64,000 nt of DNA from Chiloscyllium plagiosum (taxonomy: Eukaryota). Below are positions 25,809-38,883 of this stretch, in pieces. The position numbers were made by a program, and so were the translations under genes. The stretch covers positions 7,391,563 through 7,455,562 of the forward strand of contig NC_057718.1 in the NCBI RefSeq assembly GCF_004010195.1, written 5' to 3'. A model generated the notes under the pieces. The model had not been told where the DNA came from and made no database searches. It was given only the letters and a program-made list of their open reading frames with translations. The stretch's first letter is position 1. Every line of letters starts with the position of its first letter.

Positions 25809-26639
25809 AATGGAGTTACACCACACATAAGCCATGATCTCATTGAATGACAGTACAGGCTCAAGGGGCTGAATGGCCTACTCATATTCCATATTCATAT
25901 ACAATGACATCAGTACTTTCTATGTATTTTGCAGGGCTAATGTGCCTCACTTTAAAACATTCACTCTATGCTTCCAGAAATTGCTTCCAGCTCTTTCGAG
26001 AGTTTGCCTACCTCTCCCCCGAGTCCACATCCAAGCTTGTGCTTAGAAAGTGTCCATCCAGAGAAAGACAACAGCCACAGGCCCCAAAACATACAGAACT
26101 GCAAGTCACCAAAGTGTTCACCCCGCATTATGAGGATGGATCAGAAACCCAAAGTATCTCTGGACTTATCAAATTCTGAAGTGGACTGCTGCAGCCAAAA
26201 GATGACAGTGGATGCCACATGGTGACAGGCAGAGTCCTGTGTGAACACAAGGAATGTCACCCAAATGCTGAAGCAGGGAAACTTCAAATGGAAAGACTAA
26301 CAAGGGAGAGATAATCAGAAGCTGGCTCTGACACCCTTCTCAGAAGGAAGCCATTTCCTGCAGATATTTTTGTATTACCCTCCTTCCAGGAATATAAAAA
26401 AAAACAGGATTAAAAACAGACAGCAACTCCTGATCTGATGTATTAGGGTGTGGGACTAATGTACCAGGTGTGTCACAAGTTGAAGACAATTAAACACCTC
26501 TGCATTGCAGGTAAAAGTTGATAAGATTGCAACTCACTTTGATTGCTACAAGTCAATCACCTTCAAAAGAAACCAGGAGAAAATAATTTCAATTAACCTG
26601 CAAAACCAACGATCTCAAAATTGACTCATCTCAGTTCTA

Positions 26640-27550
26640 AATTGCTTTCACTGTATCCTGAAACTGTGGCCCTTGGTTCAAGATTCCATCGTCATTAGGA
26701 ACATTTTTCTTGTGTGTACCTTGTCTAGTCCCACTAGAATTTTATAAATTTCCATGCAAATTCCCCTCCCTCATTTTCCTAAATTTCATTAAATGTAGTC
26801 CTAACTGATCCATTTTCTCTTCATATGTCAGTCCTGCCAGCTCAAGAATCAATTTGGTAAAACTCTTTTGCACTCGCTCTATCACCATAACATCCTTCTT
26901 GAGATTAGGAGACCAAAACTGCACACAATGCCCCAAAAACTCACAGCTCACATTTACTTTTATCATAGAGTCATAGAGTCCTATAGCCCTTTGGCCCATA
27001 CTGACCAAAATATCCATTCACACTAACCCCATTTCCCTGTATTTGGCCCAAATCCTTCTAATCCTTTCCTATCCATGTATTTGTCAAAGTGCCTTTTAAA
27101 TGTAGTTAATGTTCCCACCTCAACCACTTCTACTGGCAGCTCATTCCATATGCATACCACCCTCTCTGTAAAAAAAAACCCCTCAGGTTCCTTTTTATTC
27201 TTTCCTCTCTAACCTTAAACTGATGCCCTACGTTATTCACTGGTATAAGAACTCCCTCAATCTTCTACCCTCTAAAGAAAGAAGTCCTAGCTTGTCCATC
27301 TCTCCCTATAACTCAGACCATTGATTCCTGGCAATAACCTTGTAAATTCTTCCTGAGATAAGGAGACCAAAACTGTACACAATACGCCAGGTGTGTACAA
27401 TTGCCCATGTACAATTTCCACAAGACGTCCCTGCTCCTGTGCTCAGATCCCTTCACTATGAAGGTCAATGTACCATTTACCTTCTTCACTGCTTGCTGCA
27501 CCTAATTTCAGTCACTGGTGTAACCAGGTCTTGATGCACCTCCCCCTTTT
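26640..27550 (-). mobile_element. Nested CR1 fragments
   Basis: CVQFWSP motifs occur twice; a younger tail is inserted at about 26963-27350. Confidence 0.8.
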
Positions 27551-28282
27551 CCATGTATTGCAATTCAGAAATAATTAGAATCAGATGGTTCCAGTGGTTA
27601 GCACACTACATTTCTATTTGTCAAGAATTAGATTTAAATCCGGGCCCACTGACAGTTTGACTGTGTTATTCTTTCAACATTTTATCAAGTAACATCATAA
27701 GAATTAAATTTTCCAAGCATTTCCCAAGCAGCCTACCAATTATAGTAACAGAAACCTCTCAAAGGGAAATGCATTTAAAGTGCATGTAGTATTAGACTAC
27801 TGTTGGTGATATTTTTTAAAGAATCTTTCCATTTTCCTGAACTCTTGGAATGAGTTCACTACTTTGTGGTCGTGATGATTCAGTTGCTTGTCTCGAGAAT
27901 AGACATTTCTTCAAGAATCACATGTCGTAAAGCTGACTGAAATATATTACCTGAAAATCATTTTTTTTAAATTCCAAGAAACACATTTCACATTGCATTG
28001 AATAGTTACAGTAGAGAAGGAGACCTTTCAGCCTCTTCAGTTCTATGCTAGCTCTGTGTTAAGAGCGACTCAGCTCATCCCACTGTCCCCAGTTTTCCCT
28101 GGAACCCTGCAAATTTTCTCTATTCAGACAATTATCCAACTTCCTCTGGAAAGCCGCAAGATTGAATCCGCCTCCACCATACCCTCAGACAGTGCATTTC
28201 CAGATCCAATTCCAAACCTTTTCCTCATGTATCCTTTGGTTCCTTTGTTAATCACTTTGACTGATGTCCTCCTTCTTTTCAG

Positions 28283-28470
28283 GAGAAAGTGAGGTCTGCA
28301 GATGCTGGAGATCAGAGATGGAAATGTGTTGCTGGAAAAGCGCAGCAGGTCAGGCAGCATCTAGGGAACAGGAGAATCGACGTTTCGGGCATTTAATGCC
28401 CGAAACATCGATTCTCCTGTTCCCTAGATGCTGCCTGACCTGCTGCGCTTTTCCAGCAACACATTTCCAT
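28283..28470. mobile_element. PLE-end palindrome (family C)
   Basis: Near-perfect hairpin centred near 28394; TSD CTCCTTCTTTTCAG at 28269-28282 and 28471-28484. Confidence 0.9.
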
Positions 28471-28937
28471 CTCCTTCTTTTCAGCCAATGGAAACAGTCT
28501 CTCTTTAATGACTCTTCCATACGCACTCCTGATTTTTGAACACCTCTATCATGTTTCCCCTCAGCCTCCCGTTCTCTAAAGAGAAGGCCCCCAGCTTAGC
28601 CAATCTATCCTTCTAACTGAAATCTCTCATCCTTGAGATGGTTCATTGTGTCCTCATTGAAGTCACATCCTTTCTCAAGCATGGTTCCCCCAAAACTGAG
28701 CACAAGAATCAAGTTGAGGGCCTAGGTTAGCATTTTCTAAAAACTCATCATAACTTGCTTGTTTCTATATCCTATGCCTCTAACAGTTTGTGCACATATT
28801 GCTTGAGGTCCCCTTGCTCTTACACTTTCTTTCATAATGTATACATTAAGTTATATTGCCTTTCCTCATTCCTCTTAACAAATACAAACATTTAGCACCA
28901 ATTAAATATGGATTTTAAGTCAGTTCTGAAATAACTG

Positions 28938-29252
28938 AGGGGCAACATGGTGGCTCAGTGGTTAGCACTACTGCCTCACAGCGCCAGGGACCCGGGTTCA
29001 ACTTCCGCCTCGGGCAACTGTCTGTGTGGAGTTTGCACGTTCTCCCCATGTCTGCGTGGGTTTCCTCCAGGTACTCTGGTTTCCTCCCACAACCTAAAGA
29101 CGTGCAGGCCAGGTGAATTGGCCATGCTCAATTGCTTATTGAGCTAGGTGCATTAGTCAGAGGGGAGTGGGTCTGGGTGGGTTGCTCTTCGGAGGGTCGG
29201 TGTGGACTCGTTGGGCCGAAGGGCCTGTTTCCACACTGTAGGGAATCTAATC
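28938..29252 (+). mobile_element. HE1-type SINE nested in a solo-LTR-like repeat
   Basis: Complete head and aatct tail; flanked by TAACT. Confidence 0.9.
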
Positions 29253-29368
29253 TAACTCCGCGAAGGCTGGTATCTCATCACCAAGTTATCCTTTATTTAC
29301 ACATACGTAGAATGTGACACTGATCCTGCTCCCTCAGAGAGAGCAGAACCTCTGACACTACTGTTTAT

Positions 29369-29448
29369 CTTTTTTTTTCTTTTTTTCTTTAACCCCCACA
29401 CTACCACCTAAGTGCGGTAGTGCTTATTTTATCCCCAGCACCCATGGT
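29369..29448 (-). mobile_element. 80-bp poly(A)-tailed retroposed insertion (L1/Tx1-like 3' end)
   Basis: T-rich tract, stem-loop cactacc...ggtagtg, 14-bp TSD ACACTACTGTTTAT (29355-29368, 29449-29462). Confidence 0.75.
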
Positions 29449-32400
29449 ACACTACTGTTTATATCTGTCAGCCAGGGGTCTCTGATTGGAGCAGATTAAC
29501 AGCCCCAATCAGGGAACTCAGATTCTATGAAGTTCAGCTGGCTGACCCCATTCCAATCAGTACAAGTTCCATTTAATAGATAGTTAAAACAGGAAAAGGA
29601 CAATAGAATCAATTACTAAAAAAAACAATTTGCTGGAGAAACTCAGCAGGTTTAGCAGCATCTATGGAGAAAAGAACTGAGTTAATGTTTTGAGTTCAGT
29701 ATGACTGTTATTCAGAGCTCAGATAAAGAGGAATCAGCAAAATCAGCTGAAGGTTTCCACTTAAAGGAAATGGAAATGGTTGATATAAGACAGTTCCCAT
29801 GGAAATATCCCATTTGTGGTCATAATATCACCTACAAGAAAATTCACAGTAACTGCCTACCACTGGGATTTGATAACCCTGTGCATTAGCTAACTGTGAA
29901 AGTAGAGCCACCAAAGTACTAGAGGACCATAAGGCTGCTCTCTAATTACAGAGAGAGATGACTGGTAGTGGCTTAACCTGAGGGTCACCACATGTCACGT
30001 GAAGGGAGAAGTTGAGAAGATAAGACCTTCACAGTAACATCAGCCCTTGGCGTGAGATCTGATGAGAGAGAGATTTAAAAATGACATGAGGGACAATTTG
30101 TTTTTACACAGCAGATTGTTCACATGTGGAGTGAACATCCTGAGAAAAGTGGTGGATATGGGTACAATTACAACGTTTAAAATACATTTAGATAAGTACA
30201 TGAATAGGAAATGTTTGGAAGGATATGGGCCAGGAGCAGGAAGGTGGGACTAGTTTAGTTTGGGATTATGTTCAGCATGGACTGGTTAGATCGAAGGGTC
30301 TACTTCTGAGCTGTATGATTCTATGATTATGTTGGCATTACTCTGATTGCAAAACCAGCTACAGCCAACTGACCTCCATTATGTATACTTTACACATTTC
30401 ATTAAGAACTGTGTTTAAATCCAGGCATGTTAATATCCAGGCACTGAGGAGAAGTGAAACTCATCTACAATTGAATATTGGAAGCAGCTTTGTTGTCACA
30501 TTCATTGTGATAACATTTTAGATAAATTTGTTCCAAACTTAACTTTGCCTCTTGTACCTAATCGAGATTTCACCAGGGAACTCAGTTGTCAGAAATAAGA
30601 GGACAGTGTGCTAATCCATAGGGTTATCCAAAACTAAATGGAAATGTGAGTTGTGAAGAGGATGACTCAAAGTGATTTGGAGAGGCTAAATGAGTGGGCA
30701 AGGATTTGGCAGATGGAATACAATGTGGAGAAGTGTGGGATTGTACACTTTGGTAGGTAAACAGAAATACAGAGTATTTCTCAAATAGGCTGCAAAATGG
30801 TGAACTTTAAAGGAAGTTGCATATCCTTATTTATGGATCATTGCAAGTTAATTTAAAGGTACAGCAAGCAGTTAGAAGTCAAATGTTCCGTTGGCCTGTA
30901 ATATAGCAGGAATTTGGTGTAGGAGTAAAGATGCCTTATTGCAGTTACATAGAGTCTTGGTGAAGTATTCTATACTTAAGACAAAATATACTTGTCATAG
31001 AGCAACAAAGATTAGTTCCTGAAATAGAGTGATTGTCCTATGAAATGACATTAAATAAACTATGCCTATTCTCTAGAGTTTAGAAGCATATCAGAAAATA
31101 TGATGAAGAGCTTATGCTCAAAACATCAGTTCTCCTGCTCCTCTGATGCTGCCTGACCGGCTGTGCTTTTCCAGCACCACACTCTCGATTCTGATCTCCA
31201 GCATCTACAGTCCTCACTTTCTCCTAGAAAATCCTACAGTGGAATCTGGCTTGTTAGATCCTGATCTTGCTTTGTTTTTGAACATATGGAAGTCAGTTCC
31301 TGATCAGATTGACAAGAGTCTGCCATTGTATTTTTAACACAAAGAAAAAAAAATTTACTAAACCCAAAAATGTATCACTTTATATTAGACAATATGAAAG
31401 GTGGGGAAGATTTAATTATATATGTCAGAAAAGGATGCAAGTTCACATCTTTATCTCTTACAAATGCCCAAACCTCTGTGCAGTAACAATGTGTGGGAAA
31501 AGATCTGCTAACCCACGATAGACTCGCAAAAGCAAAATTGGCCAAGCTGTACCAAAAACACCCAGAATTCCCAAGCAGGCTCACAAGCCAAATCAGGCAC
31601 CCACGCAGACAAGAGAATACACTTTAAGCTCACTAACAATGACAGAGCACTGCAGATACCTCAAAGTCCTGAGGGCAGTTTCACAACCCAGCAATACCAA
31701 AGCCACACAAAGAGCAGGCCAGACAGAGAGGCACCAGCAAGGACATGCTCTAAGAACAGGACAATGAAAGCACCCCATCACTTCAGAGGAGACATTAACA
31801 CCTAACTGTGAAGAGGAATGGAACCATTGATACTATTAGGATGTTGCATTGTGTGAAGGAGCAGGACATTCATCCGAAAAATGTTTTCCAATTAGATTAC
31901 TCCATTTCCAGATACATTGTATTTTCCCCATTTCTTAATCAGCCTTATTGTGCAGCATTATTATAAAACTGGTCTCATCCTCAGCTCTGGGAAGAGAGAT
32001 TCTGATCTTCCTGTACAGACTGTCAGTTCTGTGTCAGCCTAGTCAGTTTCTTTTCCAGTGATATCACTTGCAATAAACTGTTTGTCAACTTCATTTCGAG
32101 CTGTGTTTTGTGATCTCTAACCTATTGGGCAAATAGCACAATGCTATTATCTCCACTGAGACTGGCACAGCTGCCACCAGTTTCCTTTCAGCAACTTGAC
32201 ATTTTTTGCCTCCTCAACTATTATTTCTTGCTGATACACCTAAAACAAACTGCAAACTACATTCACTATTGCTTTAACTTCAGTGCAGCTGCTTGAGTTC
32301 CCAAAACCCAGGCTTTATCAGTCCTTAATTCTCTGAATACAATAGGCATGAATGGTGTGTTTATCTGGATTGTTCTGCCTCTCTCTTTATGCCATTGGAT

Positions 32401-33339
32401 CATTGTCTCTGAGGAACAGTGCAGGTTTATCCTTTTTTTCATGATGCACTGAACTGTTCACCTCATTCAAATTCATATTTACAAAATGCAACTCCAGACT
32501 TCCGGCACCAATCCCTTAAGAAGATTCAAAAATTAAACTAAACATGTCTTAATACCTCTTCTTAACTCACAAAACGCAAGCTATAAATCCATCTTCTCTT
32601 TACCTTGTTTTTAATGTTATGTTTTTACTCTTTACAGGCATATTGTAAAACCCATGATGCCCAGCACCTATTAGACATGACCAAGCTCATGAGAAAAAAC
32701 ACACATGGCCAGTGTAGGAAATGGATATGAACATAAGAACCAAATCTGGCCCCTCGAGCCTGCTCCACCATTCAATAAGGTCATGGCTAATTTTTTCATG
32801 GACTCAGCTCCACTTACCCATCCTCTCACTGTAACTCTGAATTCCTTTACTGTTCAAAAAGATGACGTACACGCATAAGGCAATATTTAATAGAGGAACC
32901 AGAGGTATTGCTGGTGAGACAGCAGGGGCTTTCAATTGTTTCTTCTGGGGAAGGGCTCCCCAGAGCGCCACTCAGGAACTTGACAGGACAGCTATGGGAC
33001 TTCCCTGTGACCAAGGACCCAAAGAGTGGGAGCTCCACCCATTGATGACAGCTGGCCAATCAGAGGCCAAAGATGATATTGAACAGCAGCTCCACCAGGC
33101 ACCAGTGGCTGCTGCTGGTACTGTACCCTCACACAAGGGCTAAGATGACGGATGAAGCCAGGCACACATATGAGTGATGGTGTGAAGGTGTTCCTGCAAT
33201 GGAAGTCGCTGTGATGGGTGGTGCTTTGAGTAGGAGAGCAAGGACAAGAGCTGACTTTCAGTGGAAAACCCTGCCTCTTCATGCTGGGTCCACTAATTAG
33301 GTACTGAGTACCTTTGAGTGAGGGATGCCCCTTTCCCAT

Positions 33340-34128
33340 AATTGAACTGAGTGGCAGATTGAGTTTAATTTGAATAAATGCGAGGTATTGCATTATGGGA
33401 AAACAAACAGGGACAGGACTTAGACAATTAATGGTTGGGTGAATAGAGAGACCTCGTGGTTCAGGTACATAATTCTTTGAATGTTATGTCATTCGTAAAC
33501 GGGGTGGTTAAGAAGACATTTTGCATGCTTGCCTTCATTGCTCAGACTTTTGAGTATAGGCATTAGGACATCATGTTGAAGTTGTGCAGGATGTGGGTGA
33601 GGCCACTTTTGGTGTACTGTGTATAGTTCTGGCCGCCCTGCTATCGGAAGGATATTATTAAAGTGGAGAGGGTTCGGAAAGGATTTACCAGGAAGTTACC
33701 AAGACTGGAGTGTTTGAGTTATAAGGATAGGCTGGATAGGCTAGGACCTTTCTTCACTGGAGTGTAGAAGATTGAGCGGTGACGTTATAGAGGTTTCTAA
33801 TATCATGTGGGTAAGGTGAATACCTATGGTCTCTCTCCTAGGGTGGCAGAGTTCAAAACTGGGGGATGAGAGGAGAAAGATTTAAAATGGACCTGAGGGG
33901 CAATATTTTCAAACAGTGGGTGGTTTGTATGAACTTCCAGATGAAGTGGTAGATGCAGGTGCAACGTTCAAAAGATATTTGGATAGGTATGTGAATAGGA
34001 AAGTAAATAATAAGCTAGCTTAGTTTAGGAACATGATCGGTGTGGACTCATTGGACTGAAGGGTCTGTTTCCAAATTGAATGACTCTAAGAAGGGTCTTT
34101 TTCTGTGCTCTATGACCCTATGACTCTA
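33340..34128 (+). mobile_element. CR1 LINE 3' fragment
   Basis: Decayed RT C-terminus and tail. Confidence 0.85.
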
Positions 34129-34815
34129 TAACTGAAGGTCACAAGCAAATGCGCATGTGCTCCCCACATGCCATGTCATGTGCTGGCCATACATGGGCCT
34201 TTTCCACTTATGTTTAGGCTTGAGTTGGGAAGGGGGCATTGTTGCCATTGTCTACTCTTCCATCTCATTAAATGTCCTCCTGGCTCCAACAGGAGGAACA
34301 GAGGAAGGCAGTAAACTCTTCCCCCTCCCACCCCCCAAAACAACCACCCCGTGCAGTGGGAATTGGCCTCAGAGGGTCAGTTTTTATACACAGTGCAACA
34401 GACTGGAGAATATCAGCCCCAGCCAATCTATTACCTCTCCTCACCTGAAGATGGTCATCCCTACTCTGAAAGGAATACAGTGAAGGGTCAGTTAACTGGT
34501 TTCAGAGATGTGGAGAGATTGAGTTTCTCACTGAAAGATGAAAAATTCTTCAGGGGCTAAATGCAGTATTGCTGAAAAAAACTGTTCTCTGTGCCTGACG
34601 ATTCTGGAACAGGGCACAGTGATGAAGGGTTTATGCTCGAAACATTGACTCTCCTGCTCCTCGGATGCTGCCTGACTGGCCGTGCTTTTCCAGCGTCACA
34701 CTCTTTGAGTCAGGATATTGATGTATGGCCTGAGATGAGAAGAGATTTCTTCCACTGAAACCATTATAACTCTTTACAATTCTGTAGCCCAGAGAGCAAT
34801 GTTTACCCTGTTATT

Positions 34816-35135
34816 GGGGGTGGCATGGTGTCTCAGTGGTTAGCACTGTTGCCTCACAGCGCCAGGGACCCCGGTTCGATTCCAGCCTCAGGTGACTGCC
34901 TGTGTGGAGTTTGCACATTCTCCCCGTGTCTGTGTGGGCTTTGTCCGGTTTTGTCCCACAGTCCAAAAATGTGCAGGTCAGGTGAATTTGCCATGCTAAA
35001 TTGCCCTTAGTGTTAGGTGCATTAGTCAGGGATAAAGATAGGGTAGGGGAATGGGTCTGGGTGAGTTACTCTTCGGAGGTTCGGTGTGGACTTGTTGGGC
35101 CGAAGAGCCCATACTGTAAAGATTCTAATCTAATC
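34816..35135 (+). mobile_element. HE1-type SINE
   Basis: Complete head and tail. Confidence 0.9.
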
Positions 35136-36389
35136 TATTGAATTTGCTTCAAGACATTGTTTGACTACAATGTGAGTTAACAGATATGGGGACAGTTGAG
35201 GTGGAAGATAAGGCATATGGTAGAACAGGCTCAAAAGGGCCAAATGGCCTATTCTAGCTTTTGGCTTGTTGTGTTCTTATGTATCATACCTGGTTTAACT
35301 TTAAACTGACACTGTTACAAAATGGGTGAAGTCTTCCATGAGGCAGTACTGAAATGGCAGCACTTACGAAGTAATGTTAAAATTCACAAATACGAGTTGT
35401 GAAAATCTAATTAACATACCTGGATTTGAAGTTGAGGCTGATGGATACAGTTAAAAAAAAATTGGAAAATATGAATGGAATCCAAGTGCTTCAAAACAGA
35501 AATAGGTTCTGATATCATGGACTTTAGATAGTCTAAAAAGACTGTGGAAAGTAAACAAGATACAAATTAAATATACCTGCTGAATATTGCTGAGTTTAAT
35601 TCAAAGCAGATGTTTAAAAGTCTGCATCTCTTTGTTGCATCTTTCCAACCATTTTCATTCAGTTTAATTCAGTTATCCTCCCACTCCATGAACAGCTACA
35701 CAATAATAAGCTAGAGGTGTAAGCAACTCAAATGTTAGTCCAGTGACGTCTTGATGGCACAGACATGATTTCTCTGCCCACGCACAGAGCCATTCAAATT
35801 ACTGGCAGCCGGCTCTGTAAAAAATTCAAAAGGAATTGATGCTGTCACTATCCCTTTCCACATCTGTCCGTCTAACGCAAGTGCTCGAGTTTTGAGGGGG
35901 TTGGAAGGGGGCATATGTTAAAAACAGTCTAATATGCCACTATAGCAATCAGCCTTGGCTTCTGTGGAATGATGGATATGTTAACCCGCACAATGCATAT
36001 TAAAGGGGCACTTACCACATTTGTAATGAATTGCTTCATCTCTCCTTGTCATAAGCTCAGGTTGACTTTGCTCTAATGTGTCACAATGACTCCCTTAAGT
36101 AGCTTCCAATTTTTCACAATTAATTATCACATCCGTGGTGTTATTATCCGAAATGCTGTAATGATGGTGAGCTACAATCACTCAGCGAGTACATGTTGCT
36201 ATGGGAACCTGCACATTTTACATGTATGTTGTGGTTCAGAGCTATGGTGATGGCGGAGGCTGCAATTTCTTTCCCATCACCTGAATGACAAGCAAACTCT
36301 CCTGCTCTGACCCATTGCCATTCATGTGCATTGGCAGGATGTGCAGATTGATACTCACCTTTCTTGGCCATGTTATAAAGGAACTTTCA

Positions 36390-36995
36390 GCACATGAACC
36401 CAGTGGCTACAAAAGCAGGTCAGAGGCTAGGAATACTGTGACAAGTAACTGATCTCCTGACTCCCCAATGCCTGTCCACCATCTACAAAGCACAAGTCAG
36501 GAGTTGTGATGGAATATTCCCCACCTGCCTGGATGGGTGCAGCTCCAACAACACTTAAGAAGCTCAATAGCACCCAGAATAAAAACAGCCTGCTTGATTG
36601 GCACCACATCCATAAACATCCACCCTCTTCATCATCGAAGCTCAATAGCAACAGTGTATACTATCTACAAGGTGCATTAAAGCATTTCACGAAAGATCCT
36701 CAGACAGCACCTTCCAAACCCACAACCACTTCCACCCAGAGGACAAGGGCAGCAGATGCATGGAACATTCCCCTTGCAACTTGCCCTCCAAGCCACTCAC
36801 CCTCCTGACATGGAAATATGCCACTGTTCCTTCACTGTCAAAATTGCTGGGTCAAAATTCTGGAATTCCTTCTCTGAGGGCATTGTGGGTCACCTATAGC
36901 AACAGTTCAAGAAGGCAGCTCAACACCACCTTCTCAAGGGCAGCTAGAGATGGACAATGAATGCTAGCCCAACCAGCAACACCCACATCCTATGA
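36390..36995 (+). mobile_element. CR1/L2-group LINE 3' end (second LINE family)
   Basis: YKAQVR, MEYSPPAWMGAAPTTLKKL; related copies at 43440-43980 (+) and 49960-50255 (-). Confidence 0.82.
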
Positions 36996-37939
36996 GAGAT
37001 GAGGAGGAATTTCTTCTCTCAGACAGTTGACAGTCTTTGAAATTCCTTCCCACAGAGAACTGTGCAGACAGAGTCCTTGTGCATATTTAAGGCTGAGATC
37101 AGTCAAGGAATCAAATATTATGGAGAAAGGGCAGGGTTGTATGTATGAGGAGTGTTGGACCAACTATGATCATATTCCATATTGTTGAGTCTCAAGGGGC
37201 TGAATGGCCTACTCCTCTTCCAATTTTCTTTGGTCTTCTGGACCAACACTTATCACCCCCTATGCATTTGCATGGACATGTTTGAGAATCTATCCTATTA
37301 AGGTACAATAACCCACTGACACCCGCCTGTGGTCTACACCCCGACAATGGCAAAACTCTTCTCCACCCTCAATAATTACATAAATGCTGTCTCCTACATA
37401 TTTTACTTCAGCTCTGATGAAGAGTTATCTGGACTCAAAACATTAGCTTGCGCTCTCGCCATTGATGCTGTCTGACCCGCTGTGATCTCCAGAATTTGTT
37501 GATTATAGTACAATAATCCACAGCATTGCCTGACTTCACAGTGTAACCAAGGGTTGGTTGGAAGCATGGCAGAATTGATCATTCTCCATTATTAGATTAG
37601 ATTAGATTATATTAGATTGCTTACAGTGTGGAAACAGGCCCTTCGGCCCAACAAGTCCACACCGATGTGACAATGAGTTTTTTTAAGCTACAGTGGCTTG
37701 TACACCTACGTGTTTAAGCTATGAAAGTTTTTTTTAAAATTTGTATTTGTTGCATCAGGCCAATAATTTGGATCCAAACCTGAGGCTCATGTGGTTGTGT
37801 CCTTGCCTTTGAGCCAGGGGACGATGGGTTCAAGCCCTACCTGCTCCAGAGGTTTGTAATGACATCTCTGAATAGGTTGATTTGGCGAATGTCTGATAAC
37901 AATCCATCCAGTTTTATTATTTGGGAGGGTCAAGTGACA

Positions 37940-38420
37940 CACTGTGTTCAGGTCTCACTTCAGAGATTTATGTATGAAAATTCAAGATGGTAGCTCCAAG
38001 TGGCATTGAGGGTGCAGCTGGAGTCTGATCTCATTTTTCAGGGAGACATTAAGATGAGAGCATGCCTGCTCTCTCGGGTGGAAGTAAATGTAATCCTGTT
38101 TCATGATTTCCGATGATGATCGGGAAGGTTATCCCCAATTTCCAGTCCAATATTCATTGCTCAAGCAAGGTCGTAGCTTACCTCATCTTTTATCATATTA
38201 CTATTTAGGGGTGTTCTGAGGAAAGGTCCCTGGATCCGAGACGTTAACTCTGATTTCTCTCTACAGATGCTGCCAGACCTGCTGAACGTTTCCAGCAATT
38301 TCTGTTCTTGTTGCTGTTTAGGGGAGCTCACTGTGTGCAAACGAGTTGCTATTTTGCCTTGGCAAGAAAAGTGACAACACTTTAAACGGTCAGCATTGTA
38401 TATAAAGCTCCATGGAGGCC
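37940..38420 (+). mobile_element. Decayed Deu-domain SINE (SacSINE1/AmnSINE-like), interrupted by a PLE end at about 38213-38313
   Basis: ctgctctctcgggtggaagtaaa...ccaatattcattgctcaa...gggagctcactgtgtgcaaa resembles the Deu domain and tail as I recall them. Confidence 0.6.
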
Positions 38421-38687
38421 CTTTGTTTTACTCACTCAAAGGAAGTGAGTAACCTGAGGTTAGGAAAGGAATAAATTCAAGTATTTTTTTCTTACTCAAA
38501 AGACCTTCTGGAATGTTGAAGTTGGGTAATTCCAATGGAATATTTTCTGCTTTAAAGACAAGATCACATTCAAGAGCCCTGTAAGCACTGGAAAAATCAA
38601 AGAAGTGAAACTGTTTTTCTTTAATATGTCCATTCAAATAGCAGTTTAGACACGTAGAGTTCAAGCCAAGGTCATAGACTTTTCTTT

Positions 38688-38883
38688 GAGGAGAAAGTGA
38701 GGTCTGCAGATGCTGGAGATCAGAGCTGAAAATGTGTTGCTGGAAAAGCGCAGCAGGTCAGGCAGCATCCAGGGAACAGGAGAATCAACGTTTCGGGCAT
38801 AAGCCCTTATGCCCGAAACGTCGATTCTCCTGTTCCCTGGATGCTGCCTGACCTGCTGCGCTTTTCCAGCAACACATTTTCAG
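38688..38883. mobile_element. PLE-end palindrome (family C)
   Basis: Near-perfect arms; 15-bp TSD CATAGACTTTTCTTT at 38673-38687 and 38884-38898. Confidence 0.92.

Larger units (their letters stand above)
28925..29564 (-). mobile_element. Solo-LTR-like repeat (related to 58836-59066), interrupted twice
   Basis: Both copies share tgaaataactcc...atctgtcagccaggg...ctgattgg...cagctggctgacc...ca; CCAAT boxes, TATA-like and AATAAA on the minus strand. Confidence 0.55.
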
